64,000 nt of DNA from NCBI GenBank assembly GCA_001643675.2, contig LSRY02000012.1, positions 1,426,001 through 1,490,000 of the forward strand, given 5' to 3'. This DNA comes from Monocercomonoides exilis PA203 (Eukaryota > Protista > Preaxostyla). Made by a program: the position numbers and the translations under genes. Below, piece by piece: positions 28,471-40,500 of the stretch. The notes below the pieces were generated by a model. The model did no database searches. It was not told the origin of the DNA and was given only the letters and a program-made list of their open reading frames with translations. Position 1 is the first letter of the stretch. Each line of letters starts with the position of its first letter.

Positions 28471-31400
28471 ATGTCTGGTCTGGATAATCCATACTATGCT
28501 GATTTCACACCAGCAAAGGTATTCTTAATATAATTCATTAATTTAGCTAAATAACTCACTTATTAACTCTTTTAATGTTTCGTTAGATAAGTGAAATCAA
28601 ATATCTTCTTGATTCGCTCGAGCCAAACAAAATGTTCGAAGCTTTGAAAAGATTATGCGCATTCACCGTTAAAGGATTCGATGTATCACCTGTTTTCCCT
28701 CAAGTTGTGAAGGCAATTTTAACTCCATCGTTGGATGTCAAACGACTTATTTATCAATTCATCGTTATGAACAGTCGAAAGTCACCTGATTTGTGCTTGC
28801 TGACTGTTGACAAACTTCACAAAGATGCAACTGAAAGCGATAATCCGTTGATCAGAGGACTTGCTTTAAGGACACTTTCATCTCTTAATGTGCCAGAAAT
28901 TATCCAGGTTTTATCTCATGATATTTCAAAAGGAGCAACAGACGGTTCTCCATATGTTCGCAAAGCTGCAGCATTTGCAATTCCAAAGTTGGTCAAGCTC
29001 GAGCCATCAATGAGAGAGACAATGATTGAACTTATTGGAACAATGCTTAAAGACCAGAGTACAGTTGTCCTTGGACCCGTAATTTTTGCATTCAATTCTG
29101 TGTGTCCAACAGAATTTAGATTACTTCACTCAAACTTCCGAAGAATTGTATTGTTGTTGGTCGATTTTGATGAATGGTCTCAGATCTTGACTCTTAACGT
29201 TCTTTTGAATTATGCACGAAATCAATTCCTGTCACCTTTCGGAGATTCCAAAGAGAAAAAAGAAAAGAAAGAAAAAGATGATGAAAAGGCCGAATCAGAA
29301 ACCGAAGAAGATGAATTTGAATCATTTATGATGAGAAAAGACCCTCTTCCTTCAACTGGTGGATTTTTGAAGGGGAAAATGAGCTCTATGATTGATGAAG
29401 ATTTGCGCTACATCATCCAAAACATAAGCCCTCTCTTGCAATCTGCCAACAGCGGAGTTGTGCTGTCTGTGGTAACCTTCATGTTTTATTGCGCACCCGA
29501 GCAGGAATTCCTGCCTGCAGCCCGTGCAGCCACAAGACTGATTTTCGGAGGTACTCCATCAGCTGATGTTGCACTGCGCTCAGTGGCAGCTATGGCTGTC
29601 CAGAGACCCAGCCTGTTCTCATCGGTCTACAAGGAGTTCTTCTTGTTCTCAGACTACACAACTTACGGAAAGCTGATGAGATTGACGATCTTGTCGCATA
29701 TTGCAAATGAGTCGAATGCAAGACATATTCTGCGTGAAATGCAAGTTTGTCATGTTTATTCTATTTAAAACAAATATTTATCTATATTTTGTGTTCATTT
29801 ATCTATCTATTCAAAAATTCAATAAATCACCTTTGTGTTAAACAAATGAAACAAACAGTCATATGTGCACTTCTCAGACAAAGCTGTTGTGTGTGCAGCG
29901 ATTGAGGCCATCACAAGGATTGCTCTGCTTGTGCCATCTGTCCGTCTGCAGTGCATGAAAGGCTGTGTGGGACTGCTCAGAAGCACTCACCCCGAAGTGG
30001 TTGGAGCAGCTGTTATCTGTGTCAGGAATCTCATCCAGTCGCAGATGGCGAATTTGGCTACAAGAAAGAGAAGACTCAGAGAAAAGAAGGAGAAGAAGCA
30101 GAAGAAGAAGGAATCAGGCGATGCTTCTGGCGATGAAAGCAACGATGATAAGGACGATTCAGACAAGAAAGACCAAAGCGATTCAGAAGAAGACACCAAA
30201 AAGAAGGACAAGAAGGGCAAAGGCAAAGGATGGTATGATTCCCTGTTTGACAGCATGGGTGGAGGCTCCAAAGGATTCTATGGCAGTGGCGAAGAAGGTG
30301 ATGACGACGATGAAGGATCAGTTGCTGAGCAGGAGAAGGAGATCAAAAAGGTTATGATCAACTTGGCGAAAATGCTGAAGGATATTACAACTCCCACAGC
30401 ACGTGCCTCAATCATCTGGCTGATTGGTCACTATGCTCATCTTATTCCTCACCATGCACCAGACTCCCTCCGTCTTCTCATTTCGTCCTTCTGCCAAGAG
30501 GAAGACGAAGTTAAGCTGCAAATCCTCACTTTTGCTGCCAAAATGTTCCTGCATGCCAATCCACCTGAGACAGACGATGATTCTGATGCTGGCTCTTCTT
30601 CTTCTTCTTCTTCTTCTTCAAGCCTTTCAGGATCAGCCTCAACAGAACCATTGTTCAAGGCGTCTGTGTGCGATGTGATTGACAAGCTGTTCCTGCAGGT
30701 GTGCAACTACGCCCGCTTCGACCGCAGCACCGACATCAGAGAGCGCTCTCGCTTCTATCGCGTGCTGCTCCCTTCGTCTGCAGGCTCTGACCAGCTGAAG
30801 GAGGAGCTGCGCCGTTCACTTCTGTCTGACAGGCCGAAGCCGTCTGCCTCCACAAACGAGGACATGTCACTCACTAAGTTCACTGTGGGTTCGATGTCGC
30901 ATGTGCTGGGCATGCCAATCAAAGGATACACACCTCTGGAAGACTTCCCAGAGACTGTTGATGAAGAAGCCAGGAAGCTCAGACAGCCACCTGTGCCAGC
31001 TGCGATTGAGGTGAAGAGGGGAGATCACCACAAACACAGAGGACGCAAGTCTCGCTCAGACAAGTCAGACGGTGGTGACTGGCTGGCCTCTGACTCTGAA
31101 AGCTCTTCTGATGGCTCTTCGACTTCTCGTTCACGCCGATCAAGCCGCTCTTCATCGAGATCGTCTTCCCGTTCCACACGCCGTTCGTCTGCTTCTTCGC
31201 GGTCGTCTGGTTCTCGCTCTCGCTCTCGTTCAAGCAGCCGCTCAGCTTCTGCTTCATCACGAAGCCCATCCCGCTCGCCTTCTGCATCATCCAGAAGCTC
31301 TCGTTCCAGAAGCAGATCTTCTTCACGTTCATCGTCGCGCTCCCAATCGCGTTCGGTGTCGCGTGCCCGCTCCAATTCTCGCTCGCCGTCTTCTTCCCGG

Positions 31401-32822
31401 TCTCCTTCACGCTCTGTCTCACGCTCCAATTCTCGCTCTCGCTCTCGTTCAGATTCTGGTTCCAGATCCAGATCCAGATCGAATTCTCGATCGAACTCGA
31501 ATTCTTCGTCGAGGTCGCCATCCACTTCAGAATACAACAGACGAAAAAGAGGTGGGAAGGACGATACAAAAGGAAAGAGTGGCAAAGGAGGTGACAGAAG
31601 TCGTAGAAGTGTGAGTTCTTCGAATGATGAGTCTTCTCGTTCACCAAGTGCATCAAGGAGAGGGAAAAGAAGAGACAAAGACAGAAAGCCAGAGAAAGAG
31701 ACAGAAAAGGACGGAAAGAAGAAGAAAGCACAGAAGGACAGCGGAGCTGATGATTTCTTGGAGCAGCTGAAATCTCTTTCGATGGGTTCTGCCACTTCTT
31801 CTTCTTCTTCTCAAAATTCGACTTCTCCATTTGCATCATCATCTTCTACACCTTCTTCATCATCCTCTTCTTCTCTTTCTGTTGATTCGTCATTTGTTTC
31901 ATTTGTTACAGCTGAAGATCCTCTTTCCAACTACTTCTCATCAGTCTGCACTCCTCTTTTGTCATCAACATCCTCCGCTGGAACTCCTTCTATGTTCCAT
32001 CGCCTGACTGCCTCCATTTCGCCATCAACAAAAGACTTCTCAGCTGAAGTGACATTTATCCGCAAGCAATCCTTGATTGACCCCACGATGATCACCACAC
32101 GCCTGTTCTTCAAGAACAACACCAGCGAGACAATTGACTCAATCACGATGCTTCCGCTGCAGCCGAGCAAATCGGGAGAGCCACAGCGCAATGCTCGCCC
32201 GTTCACCCAGCTGATGCTGCTGGCTCCATCGGCTGTGATGGACACAGCACTGAACGTAGACTTTGACGACTCGCCGTCCCAGTTCTCGTTTGAGATTGAG
32301 GTGAAAGGACAGAAATACACTCTCACATTCTCACCACCTTCTGGAGAGCTCTGCAAACCACTCACCTTGGACGAGGCCAGCTTCAACAAAGAAAAGGAGA
32401 AGATGGGTGGATTGATGGAGTCATCAACAAAGTTTGCACTTCCTGCGAATCTTGATGAAGAGGAAGGAGAGAAGAAAGGCGGATATGACGATGAAGATGA
32501 TGAGGAAGAGAAGTTGGAGGCAGAGAGACAGAAGAGAAGTGGCATAACTGTGTCTCCAGTGTTGAGGCATGTGCTGAAGGCTGTTGCATCCACTGTGAAT
32601 GTTGCACTTGTGCCTCTTCCTTCCATGTCTGCATCCTCACAACGTATTTCTGATCCTTCTAGTGCGACATTTTGCTTTGCAGGTGCTTTCGTGAAAGGCG
32701 GATCAAAGATTCTTGTGAGAGTGGATATGGCAAAGAAGACTCTTCATGTATATGCTGAAGACATTATGATTGGAGGCTCTGTTAACGATGAAATCGCACA
32801 AAAATTGAAGAGAAAGCTTTAA
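28471..32822 (+). CDS. AP3B: AP-3 adaptor complex beta subunit (2 introns)
   Basis: Adaptin-N: EALKRL...KGFDVS.VFPQVVK, DNPLIRGLALRTLSSL.V, SPYVRKAAAFAIPKL, DFDEWSQI..L..L.NYARNQF.SP, ARASIIWLIG.Y, APDSLR, EEDEVKLQILTFAAK, ARFDRSTDIRERSRF, GSMSHVLG....GY.PL.DFP. Ser-rich hinge and ear domain follow. Confidence 0.92.
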
Positions 32823-33275
32823 TTGCCCTGAAATTATCTTTTTAACTAATCATTTTAGGGTGTTAAAAGTCATTCAATTCAAATGTAATTTTCATTTAAA
32901 AGTTCTCACTTGACATTCTTTCTTTTTGTTTTTTAGCTTTTTAATATTTTTGTTAAAAGAGCGTTTGTTATCTTTAATGATTATTTTTTTGTTTTCCACG
33001 AGATAAAAAAAATTAAGGATATTAAAACTAATACCAAAATATTTTCAAGAAGACGCTTGTTGGAAAAAATGAAAATCAACTTTTTTTGATTGTTTCACAC
33101 TAACTTTAAATTTTTGAATTATTCATTATTCTAAACAAAATTCAATATTTAATTATTTGTGAATTCGGTGACATATTTTGAAACAATTTTATTCTGTCAA
33201 ATTGTTTCTATTTAAAATATTTCTTAGGAGTATTTGTATATTGTAATGAAGTGGTGATAACTTTCAAAAAAATCA

Positions 33276-33299
33276 TCTCTCCCTCTCCCTCCCTCTCTC

Positions 33300-33332
<33 letters not shown>

Positions 33333-33340
33333 CTCTCTCT

Positions 33341-33419
<79 letters not shown>
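33276..33419. repeat. (CT)n microsatellite, intergenic
   Basis: Directly visible; it explains the RERE/SLSL ORFs. Confidence 0.95.
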
Positions 33420-33421
<2 letters not shown>

Positions 33422-33876
33422 GTTTTTCCCACAACAAGCACTGGTTTTTCGTGGAATTGAAAAGAACTTCACATTTCAAAAATAAATATGCTTTCGAATA
33501 CAATAAATTTTCTTTTCTTCCAATTCACCGAAAAAAAATATGATTTCAAAAATTATCACACATGTGTTTTCTGTTTTGTTATTGTATATAAACTTTGATT
33601 GATATGAACAACAAATGACGCTTTCAAATTATTTATTATTTTTATTTTATATTTTTTTGTTAATTTTGTGAAAAAGCAGTCAATTGGAAAACAGGCATTA
33701 TTCGAACAAAAATTGAAAGTTGACCAGAATAATAGCATAAGAAGAACAGGATATTTCAAATATTCTAAGTTTTTTGAAAAATAAATATAAAATGATATAA
33801 AAGAGTACAAAGAAGTTTGATTTTGAAAAAAATGATTCTCAAATAATAGATTGAACACATAATAACGGACATCACA

Positions 33877-34100
33877 AAAAATACCTTTCAAGATCGATTT
33901 CTCAATAACTTCAAAAAGAATATTTCTGATAATATTCCTCAAAATACACCTTATCCATGCAAACTCATTTTGTATTCCAAACGTGATTATGAAATTCTGG
34001 AATACAAAATGAGTTTGCATGGATAAGGTGTATTTTGAGGAATATTATCAGAAATATTCTTTTTGAAGTTATTGAGAAATCGATCTTATCAGGTATTTTT
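33877..34100. repeat. Inverted repeat: 90-bp perfect arms (33890-33979 / 33998-34087), 18-bp loop, plus 10 more bp after a 3-nt mismatch
   Basis: AAGATCGATTTCTCAATAAC...TTTTGTATTCCA is the reverse complement of TGGAATACAAAA...GAGAAATCGATCTT. Confidence 0.95.
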
Positions 34101-34560
34101 GCTCAATCTGTAATGCAACTCAAATTTCATTTTGTTTCTCATGAAAAACTATTTATCAGAACAAAAACGTAATTTACTCATTTGTTTAAAAGAAGAATTA
34201 TTAAAAAGTTGATAAGTGAAATTACATGCTTGTTGATATTTGCACATTTATATCGAAAATTAAAAAATTACAATAGAGAAAAAAAGAAAAAAAATTAACA
34301 AAAAAAAGTTGTAGACATTAAAAAATAATTATGTTGAAAAGCATTTCCAACTTTTATAAAAGTTTGTGGTAAATTATTCACACAAAACACTAAATATTCC
34401 ATTATCTCCTTACAAATAATAGAATACTTTTTGAACAACTATTTGTGGCAAAAACATAATTTATTAATGAAAAATAAATAAACATACAAAACATTTTAAC
34501 AAAAAGAAAACATGAAAATGAAGTGATAACTTTATTAAAAACAGATGAAATGAATAAGAT

Positions 34561-37500
34561 TTATTTCTTTGAAGTGAGAGTTTCAAATAGTGAAGAGCGG
34601 CCTGTTGGAGTTGATGCTCTTTTTTGCCCTGCTGATTGCTTTTTCTGGGTAATAATAGGAGAGAAAACTCCTGGTCTTGATGTGATTGTAGACGTTAATG
34701 AAGATGAAGATGAAGGAGTTGTTGAACGTGAACGAGGATATCCACCTATTTGCTGCGAATCGAATGTTGATGAAGAAGACAACGTACGAGTTCCAGATTT
34801 GCTCTGCATACGGCCGATAGATGTAGGTGGAGAAGGCTGATATGATGACGGAGCATCCTTTGAAGAAGTTAATTTTATATCTGATTTTCCATCCTCACCA
34901 GAAGAAGAAGATTCTGTCTGTACTGCTTGCTTCTGTTCCTGCTCAGACATCTCACGAAGATGCAGAGGTAATCTTGAATTGCCACTTTCCTTAAACAACC
35001 CACCAACAATCACAGTTGGTGTTATGCGTTTTGGAGATGAGCTAGATGCTCCACCAGCTGCTGTTCCACTTTGCAAAGTAGATGCTGCACCAGTTCCATC
35101 TCCACTTGCAGATAAATACTCTAACCCTGACTTTGTTGCACTTGGCTGCTGTGTCAATCTTGTTTCCATTTCGCTTAACTTTTTCCGTAAATCATCGTTT
35201 TCCCTTCGTGCGGCCTGTAGTCGATCAGCCAAGCCATCATGTCTTCTCTTCCACATAACCAAATCATCCATCTGACTCTCTCGACTCATGCTTCCACTAC
35301 CACTGCTTGCAGGACGCATCGATAGTGACGAAGAAGGTCTGTCTTTTGTATCAGTTACTCCGCTAGCTCCTCTTTTCCTGTACATGCTCATTGAAGTCGC
35401 AGATCGTGTTGTGTGTGGAGTAGAAGCTCGAGTACGTGCGGGCGAACTAGATTGAGTGGAGGTACCCGAAAGCATTGAGCTTCCCTTTTGCTCATCATTT
35501 GAAGTTGCTGAACGATCAGGAAGATCTGAGAGTGTATCGAGGAAAGGAGAAGAAAGCTCATCTAACACTCCTCCACCCCTTCCAGTTCCAATACTAACCT
35601 CAGCTCTTTCATCACCTCCCGCTCCTCCGCCAATCCCACTAAGTCCTGTTGACTCAAGCCAACCACGAATCTCGTCTAATTTGTTCATTGCATCTTCTTT
35701 CACTCTTTTTTCTTGAGTGATAATTTTCCGTAGGCGCTGTATTTCTTTCCCGAAGTGTTCTTCAATTTGTGAAGCTGTCTTTTGTGCTTTCACTTCTGAT
35801 CCTTCTGCCACTTTCAATTCGTTTTCTTTTCGTTCCAACTCCAAATACAACTTGTCAATATCCACATTGCTCCATCGACGATACTTTGCAAGCTGTTCTT
35901 CAAGCTGTTTCAGCACACGAGACTTTGTTGCTTTCCATTCCATCAACTGTGTTTTGTTTCGACTCTGCACATCCAAATCGTACTGTACCGTTTCCAGCTT
36001 TGAAACAGCATCATTTAGTTTAGTATTGCTCTGTTCCAACTGCAGCTCAAGCATCCGAATCTTTGCATCTCGTTCTTGTATCGATTCAAAGTTCTGTTCT
36101 CTTTCGAACTCTATTGCCTTTTCCAATTCTTCTGTTTTCTGCGACATTTGCTTCTTCAGCTCAAACTGCGAAACACGCGATTCGTTCTCCAATGTGGCAA
36201 CTTGTTTTTCAAGCTCTGCATTACTTTGCCTAAGTTGAACTAACTCACGTGTAACATCACGATTCCCAAACACACTCGATGTTCCGCTGAGAGCACCGGT
36301 ACCAGAATTTACATATCGCTGCTGGACATGGCCAGATGCAGCAGTAGACGATATAGAAGGAGTAGCTCCTGGAGCAGGAGACGTTGTTCTTAATCCTTTT
36401 GCAGCGTCTTTGAACCCGCTACCAGGAGCATAAGGAACAGAACCCGCAGCACCAGAAGGCCCAGCCACACCTCCACCAACTCCACCTCCTGCCGCTCCAG
36501 TTCCAGCTGATGCAACACTTATCTTCTTCAAAGAGTCCATTGTGAGCTGATGCAGAGTCAGAATAGCACTGTTTTGCATTTCCCCTTTGTACTTTCTGAA
36601 GTTACCTTCAGCAGCAAGCAGCTCTGCCTGCAACTTGGAGATAAGATCGTCATATTCCGTTTTTACCTCTTTCCGTATTGCCTCATCTTGCAGAGTCAAT
36701 GTTTTCTCAAGTTTAGTTACCAGATTTCTCAATCTTTCTATTTCAAACACAAAATTCACTGCTCTCTCTGCTATCTCACTTTGCACTCGCCTTCTCATCA
36801 TCTGCTCTCGAACAGCTTCCTCCTTCTTCATCACTGTTAGTTCGCGTTCAGCATCGTTAAGACGCTGCAAGAAGGCCTCGCCCAACAGCTGAGCTGACAT
36901 TTGCCCTTGTCTCTGCCGTTCGTCTCCCCAAATGCACAGTCCCTGAAGCATGTCTTCCATTGATGACATAAACAAAGAGCGGGTGAACAGTATTGCACTG
37001 TCGTCGCTGTCTGTAGTTACAGATATTCCTCTTCTTAGAAGCAAAGATACAGCTTCACTCACAACTCCAACTTTTTCTTCCCATGCTGCATCTTCTGCTG
37101 CAGAAGGAAGCATAATGGCTGTTCCAGAAGGGAAGAACGGAATTATCATTGAGTTACCACTTGCTGAAGAAGATGGCGAACGAACAACAAGAGGAAGGAA
37201 TGATGCAACCAACGATGATCCGCCTCGTTTGCGACGAGGAATAAGTGAAGTTATATTCGAAAGAGTGTTTCTCTCGCCATCGATGCCTGATCCACCAGAG
37301 GCAGATGCCAATGAAGATGAAGCACCAGATTGTAACGCTGTTGTTGGAGCTATTGCTGCTGAAGCAACTGCAAGCTCTGATCCAAGCTCAACATCCTTCC
37401 TGGCTTGCTCTTCCACAATCTGAGCAAAGAGAATCTCGCAATTCATCTCCACAAGAACCATTGCATCAATAATTAGCATTTTGTCCAGTTCTCTTCGAAG

Positions 37501-40500
37501 CGCATCCAACTGCAGTAAAGTCCATTCTCTTTCTGTTACACCTTCTGGTCTTAAATCCCGAGATGATGAAAGCTTCATTTCTTTCCCATTCATTCCACGA
37601 AGAGGACCACCTGAGGAAGCCCCAACAATTCCTCCAGCAGAGCTCGTTTTCACCGATGCAATATTTGTCATTGATCTTGCTGCAGTTCCCCCTCTTGTTG
37701 AAGTTAATTCTGTCTGAGTTTGGTTCATTGGAGCGTCTTTTTGAATGTTTTCTTCTTCCTTTCGTTCTCTGTGTTCATCAAACCATTTCAATGCGAGTGG
37801 AGTGAGTATTGTTTCAACATAAATCTTCGAAGCACGCGCATATTCCTCATTCGTTGCAATCTCTCTTACTCCAAGAACACGTGTAAGGTAAGTCTTTTTC
37901 ATTTGCTGCAGTGCAATTGAATCAATCAGGGACTGAATAATCACATGAAGTTGTTCCAATCCAGCAGCACTGCCATGCCGATGAACTGCAGCCTGGTCCA
38001 GGCAGCTGTTCACAGCTATGTCTATTATCAGCATCTCTTGCAACACTGCATTGCGCTCATTCGCTGGAATGTGTGTGAACAGAGAGCGTAAAGCCTCAAG
38101 TCGGGAAGGGCTGTGTGTAGAGGCTCTGAGGAATGATGGGATTGCAGGAGATGGAGGAAGAGAAGGAGACGGTAAAAGAGTCGAAGGAGTTGACACATTC
38201 CAGAATGGGTTTGAAGGCAGCGATGAATTCAACAGTTGAGATGGAAGCATTACAGAATTTGATGAAGAGAGTGACTGAGGATTTGAAGAGGCATCGTAAG
38301 AAGAACGCGAAGAAGAAGCAGAAGTTGGGGAGATATCAATCAGCGCTTCGCTCATCATCGGATGGAATTGCATCTCTGTCATCTGCGCAACAGAGCGCAT
38401 CTGACCTGGATGTGCAACTGGAGAAGCATGCACAAGCTCTCCTTGAATGATCTCTTCCTCTTCTGGCCACAGAAGCCCATCAAGAAATGCTGTCTCGTCA
38501 TCATCGTCTATTTCTTTACTTGCTTTTCCTTTGCCCTTTGTGCTGCTCTGTTTCCCTTTCTCTCCTTTTCCTTCTGCTGCCTTCCGTTTCCCCAACATCA
38601 GTAATCGGTGGTATGTTGGTCCCAGTGCTCCTCCTGCTGCTATCTGCTGCTTGATCATTTCTGCCTTTGCAGCAGCTTGCTCTTCAGGCGACTTCTCATC
38701 TTCATCTTTATCTTCTTCTGTTTTATCAGATCCGTCTTTCTCTCCAAAGTTTGAGCCTTGTTTCGTTTTATCTGAAGAACTGGCATCACCACTCTTTTTC
38801 ACTGTCTTTTCAGCTCCAAAGTCCATTTTTCCCGATCTTCCAGTGTCACTTTTTATTGCACTCATCCTCCTTCTCACCTTCTCAAGAAATCGGTTGTCTG
38901 CAAACATTCGTGCTGGTGTAGCCACCAAAACATCTGGAACGCCAATTGCGTTGTGTTTGGGCAAGGATGATGTGGATACAAATGAAGGAAGCAACGTGAG
39001 TGTCGGAGGGAATGTGTAATCAGGAGATAATTTTGGATGAATTGGAGAATAAAGCGGGGAAGTCAGACAATGAGGTGATGAAATGCCAATAGGACTGTTA
39101 ACATTTGTGAGCAGTGTGGATGTGAGAAGAGAAAATGGTCCGCCATTGTATCGTCCGTATGGCCCGTACCAAATAAGTGTTTCAACATCATTGATGAGTG
39201 AGTCATAAGCTGATGAAGGTGGGTAATAATACGAAAGTGATGCTTGTGTTGTGCCACTTCCTGGAATAGATGAAATTCGTGCCAATTTCAAATTCTTTGG
39301 CTTTTGTGTGACTGGTTGGACTGTGAATTTCACTCCAGCATGTTCCCATTCTCCTCCTCCATTCTCTGCTGCTGTTCGAATTGCAGACAAAACAGCAAAC
39401 GAATTAGTTCCAGTGGCAATGCAAACAGAACCTTCATCGTCAATAAATACACCACCACCTCCTTCTCCCACCATCTCAGCAACAGACGGATTCCATCCCC
39501 ACACAGACAAACCTGCATGTCCAACACCTTTCCCTCCAAGCAACCCTTTCCCAACTGCCACCGGCCCATCGTTTCCAGGCCAAGGAGGGCTCATCTCTGC
39601 TCCGCTGCTCCCACTGCTTCTGCTTCCTCCTTCAGTGCCTGTCAGTGTGTTTCCACCACCATAAGTTCCATGACTCCCTCCGCTCATCCCACTTCCGTTG
39701 CTGTGGCTGACCCATCCCCCTTCTGCACACGGTGCTCCCCAGCCAGCGCATTGCATCGAATGTGCTGCTGATTCATAGCTGAGCGAAGGTGGACACATCG
39801 CAGCTGGAAGGTATTTCCGCATGATGTATAAGTTCTGAATAATAGCTTGATGCTCTAAATAAAAAAGAAAGAGAAAGATGATAATTAATGAGAACGAAAA
39901 ATATTGAAAAATATTGAAAATTAATGAGGGAAATTCTGATTATTTTCATCTTTGTCTCTTGCACACCGCCATTACTTGCTGCAGCTGAATTTCCAGTTGC
40001 ACTTCCGATGGCAGCAATCGTCAGTGAGGCATTTGGATTAGACACAGCACCCGAGCGCAGAAGATGCTGGATTTGTCTCTGTTGTGAGGCAATCAACTCT
40101 TTCAATGCCATTCCGAGTGCTGATGACTCTGCCTCTGCATCTGCCATGTCTGCTGAAGATGTTTGGCCTAAAAGGGTTTTCGCATACGAGATTCAATAGT
40201 ACGACAATAGAATAGTTTAACATTAAATTTGAGAAATGCACAGTTCATAACAATTATAAAAAATAAAAAGAATTAAGCGAAAGAACCATACCAACAGAGG
40301 ATGATGAAGAAGTAGTGATTCCCATTCCACCATAAGGAAGTGAAGAAGCAGCTGTACAAAAAAAGAAAAACCAAACAACGAAAAGAACAACGATATCGAA
40401 TCACAAATAATCATTTCACAGAAAGGCAAAAGAAATACAAACATATTCCAGAAGATGATTGAGCAGAACTCATCGAAGTGAACGACACGCCAGCCGCTCT

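Noticed and set aside
33224-33503. RERE / SLSL ORFs
   Set aside because: Translation of the (CT)n microsatellite.
33556-34020. 154-aa minus ORF overlapping the hairpin (also 580-783 in the large palindrome)
   Set aside because: AT-rich, F/I/N/K-biased, no recognisable motif; probably chance ORFs.
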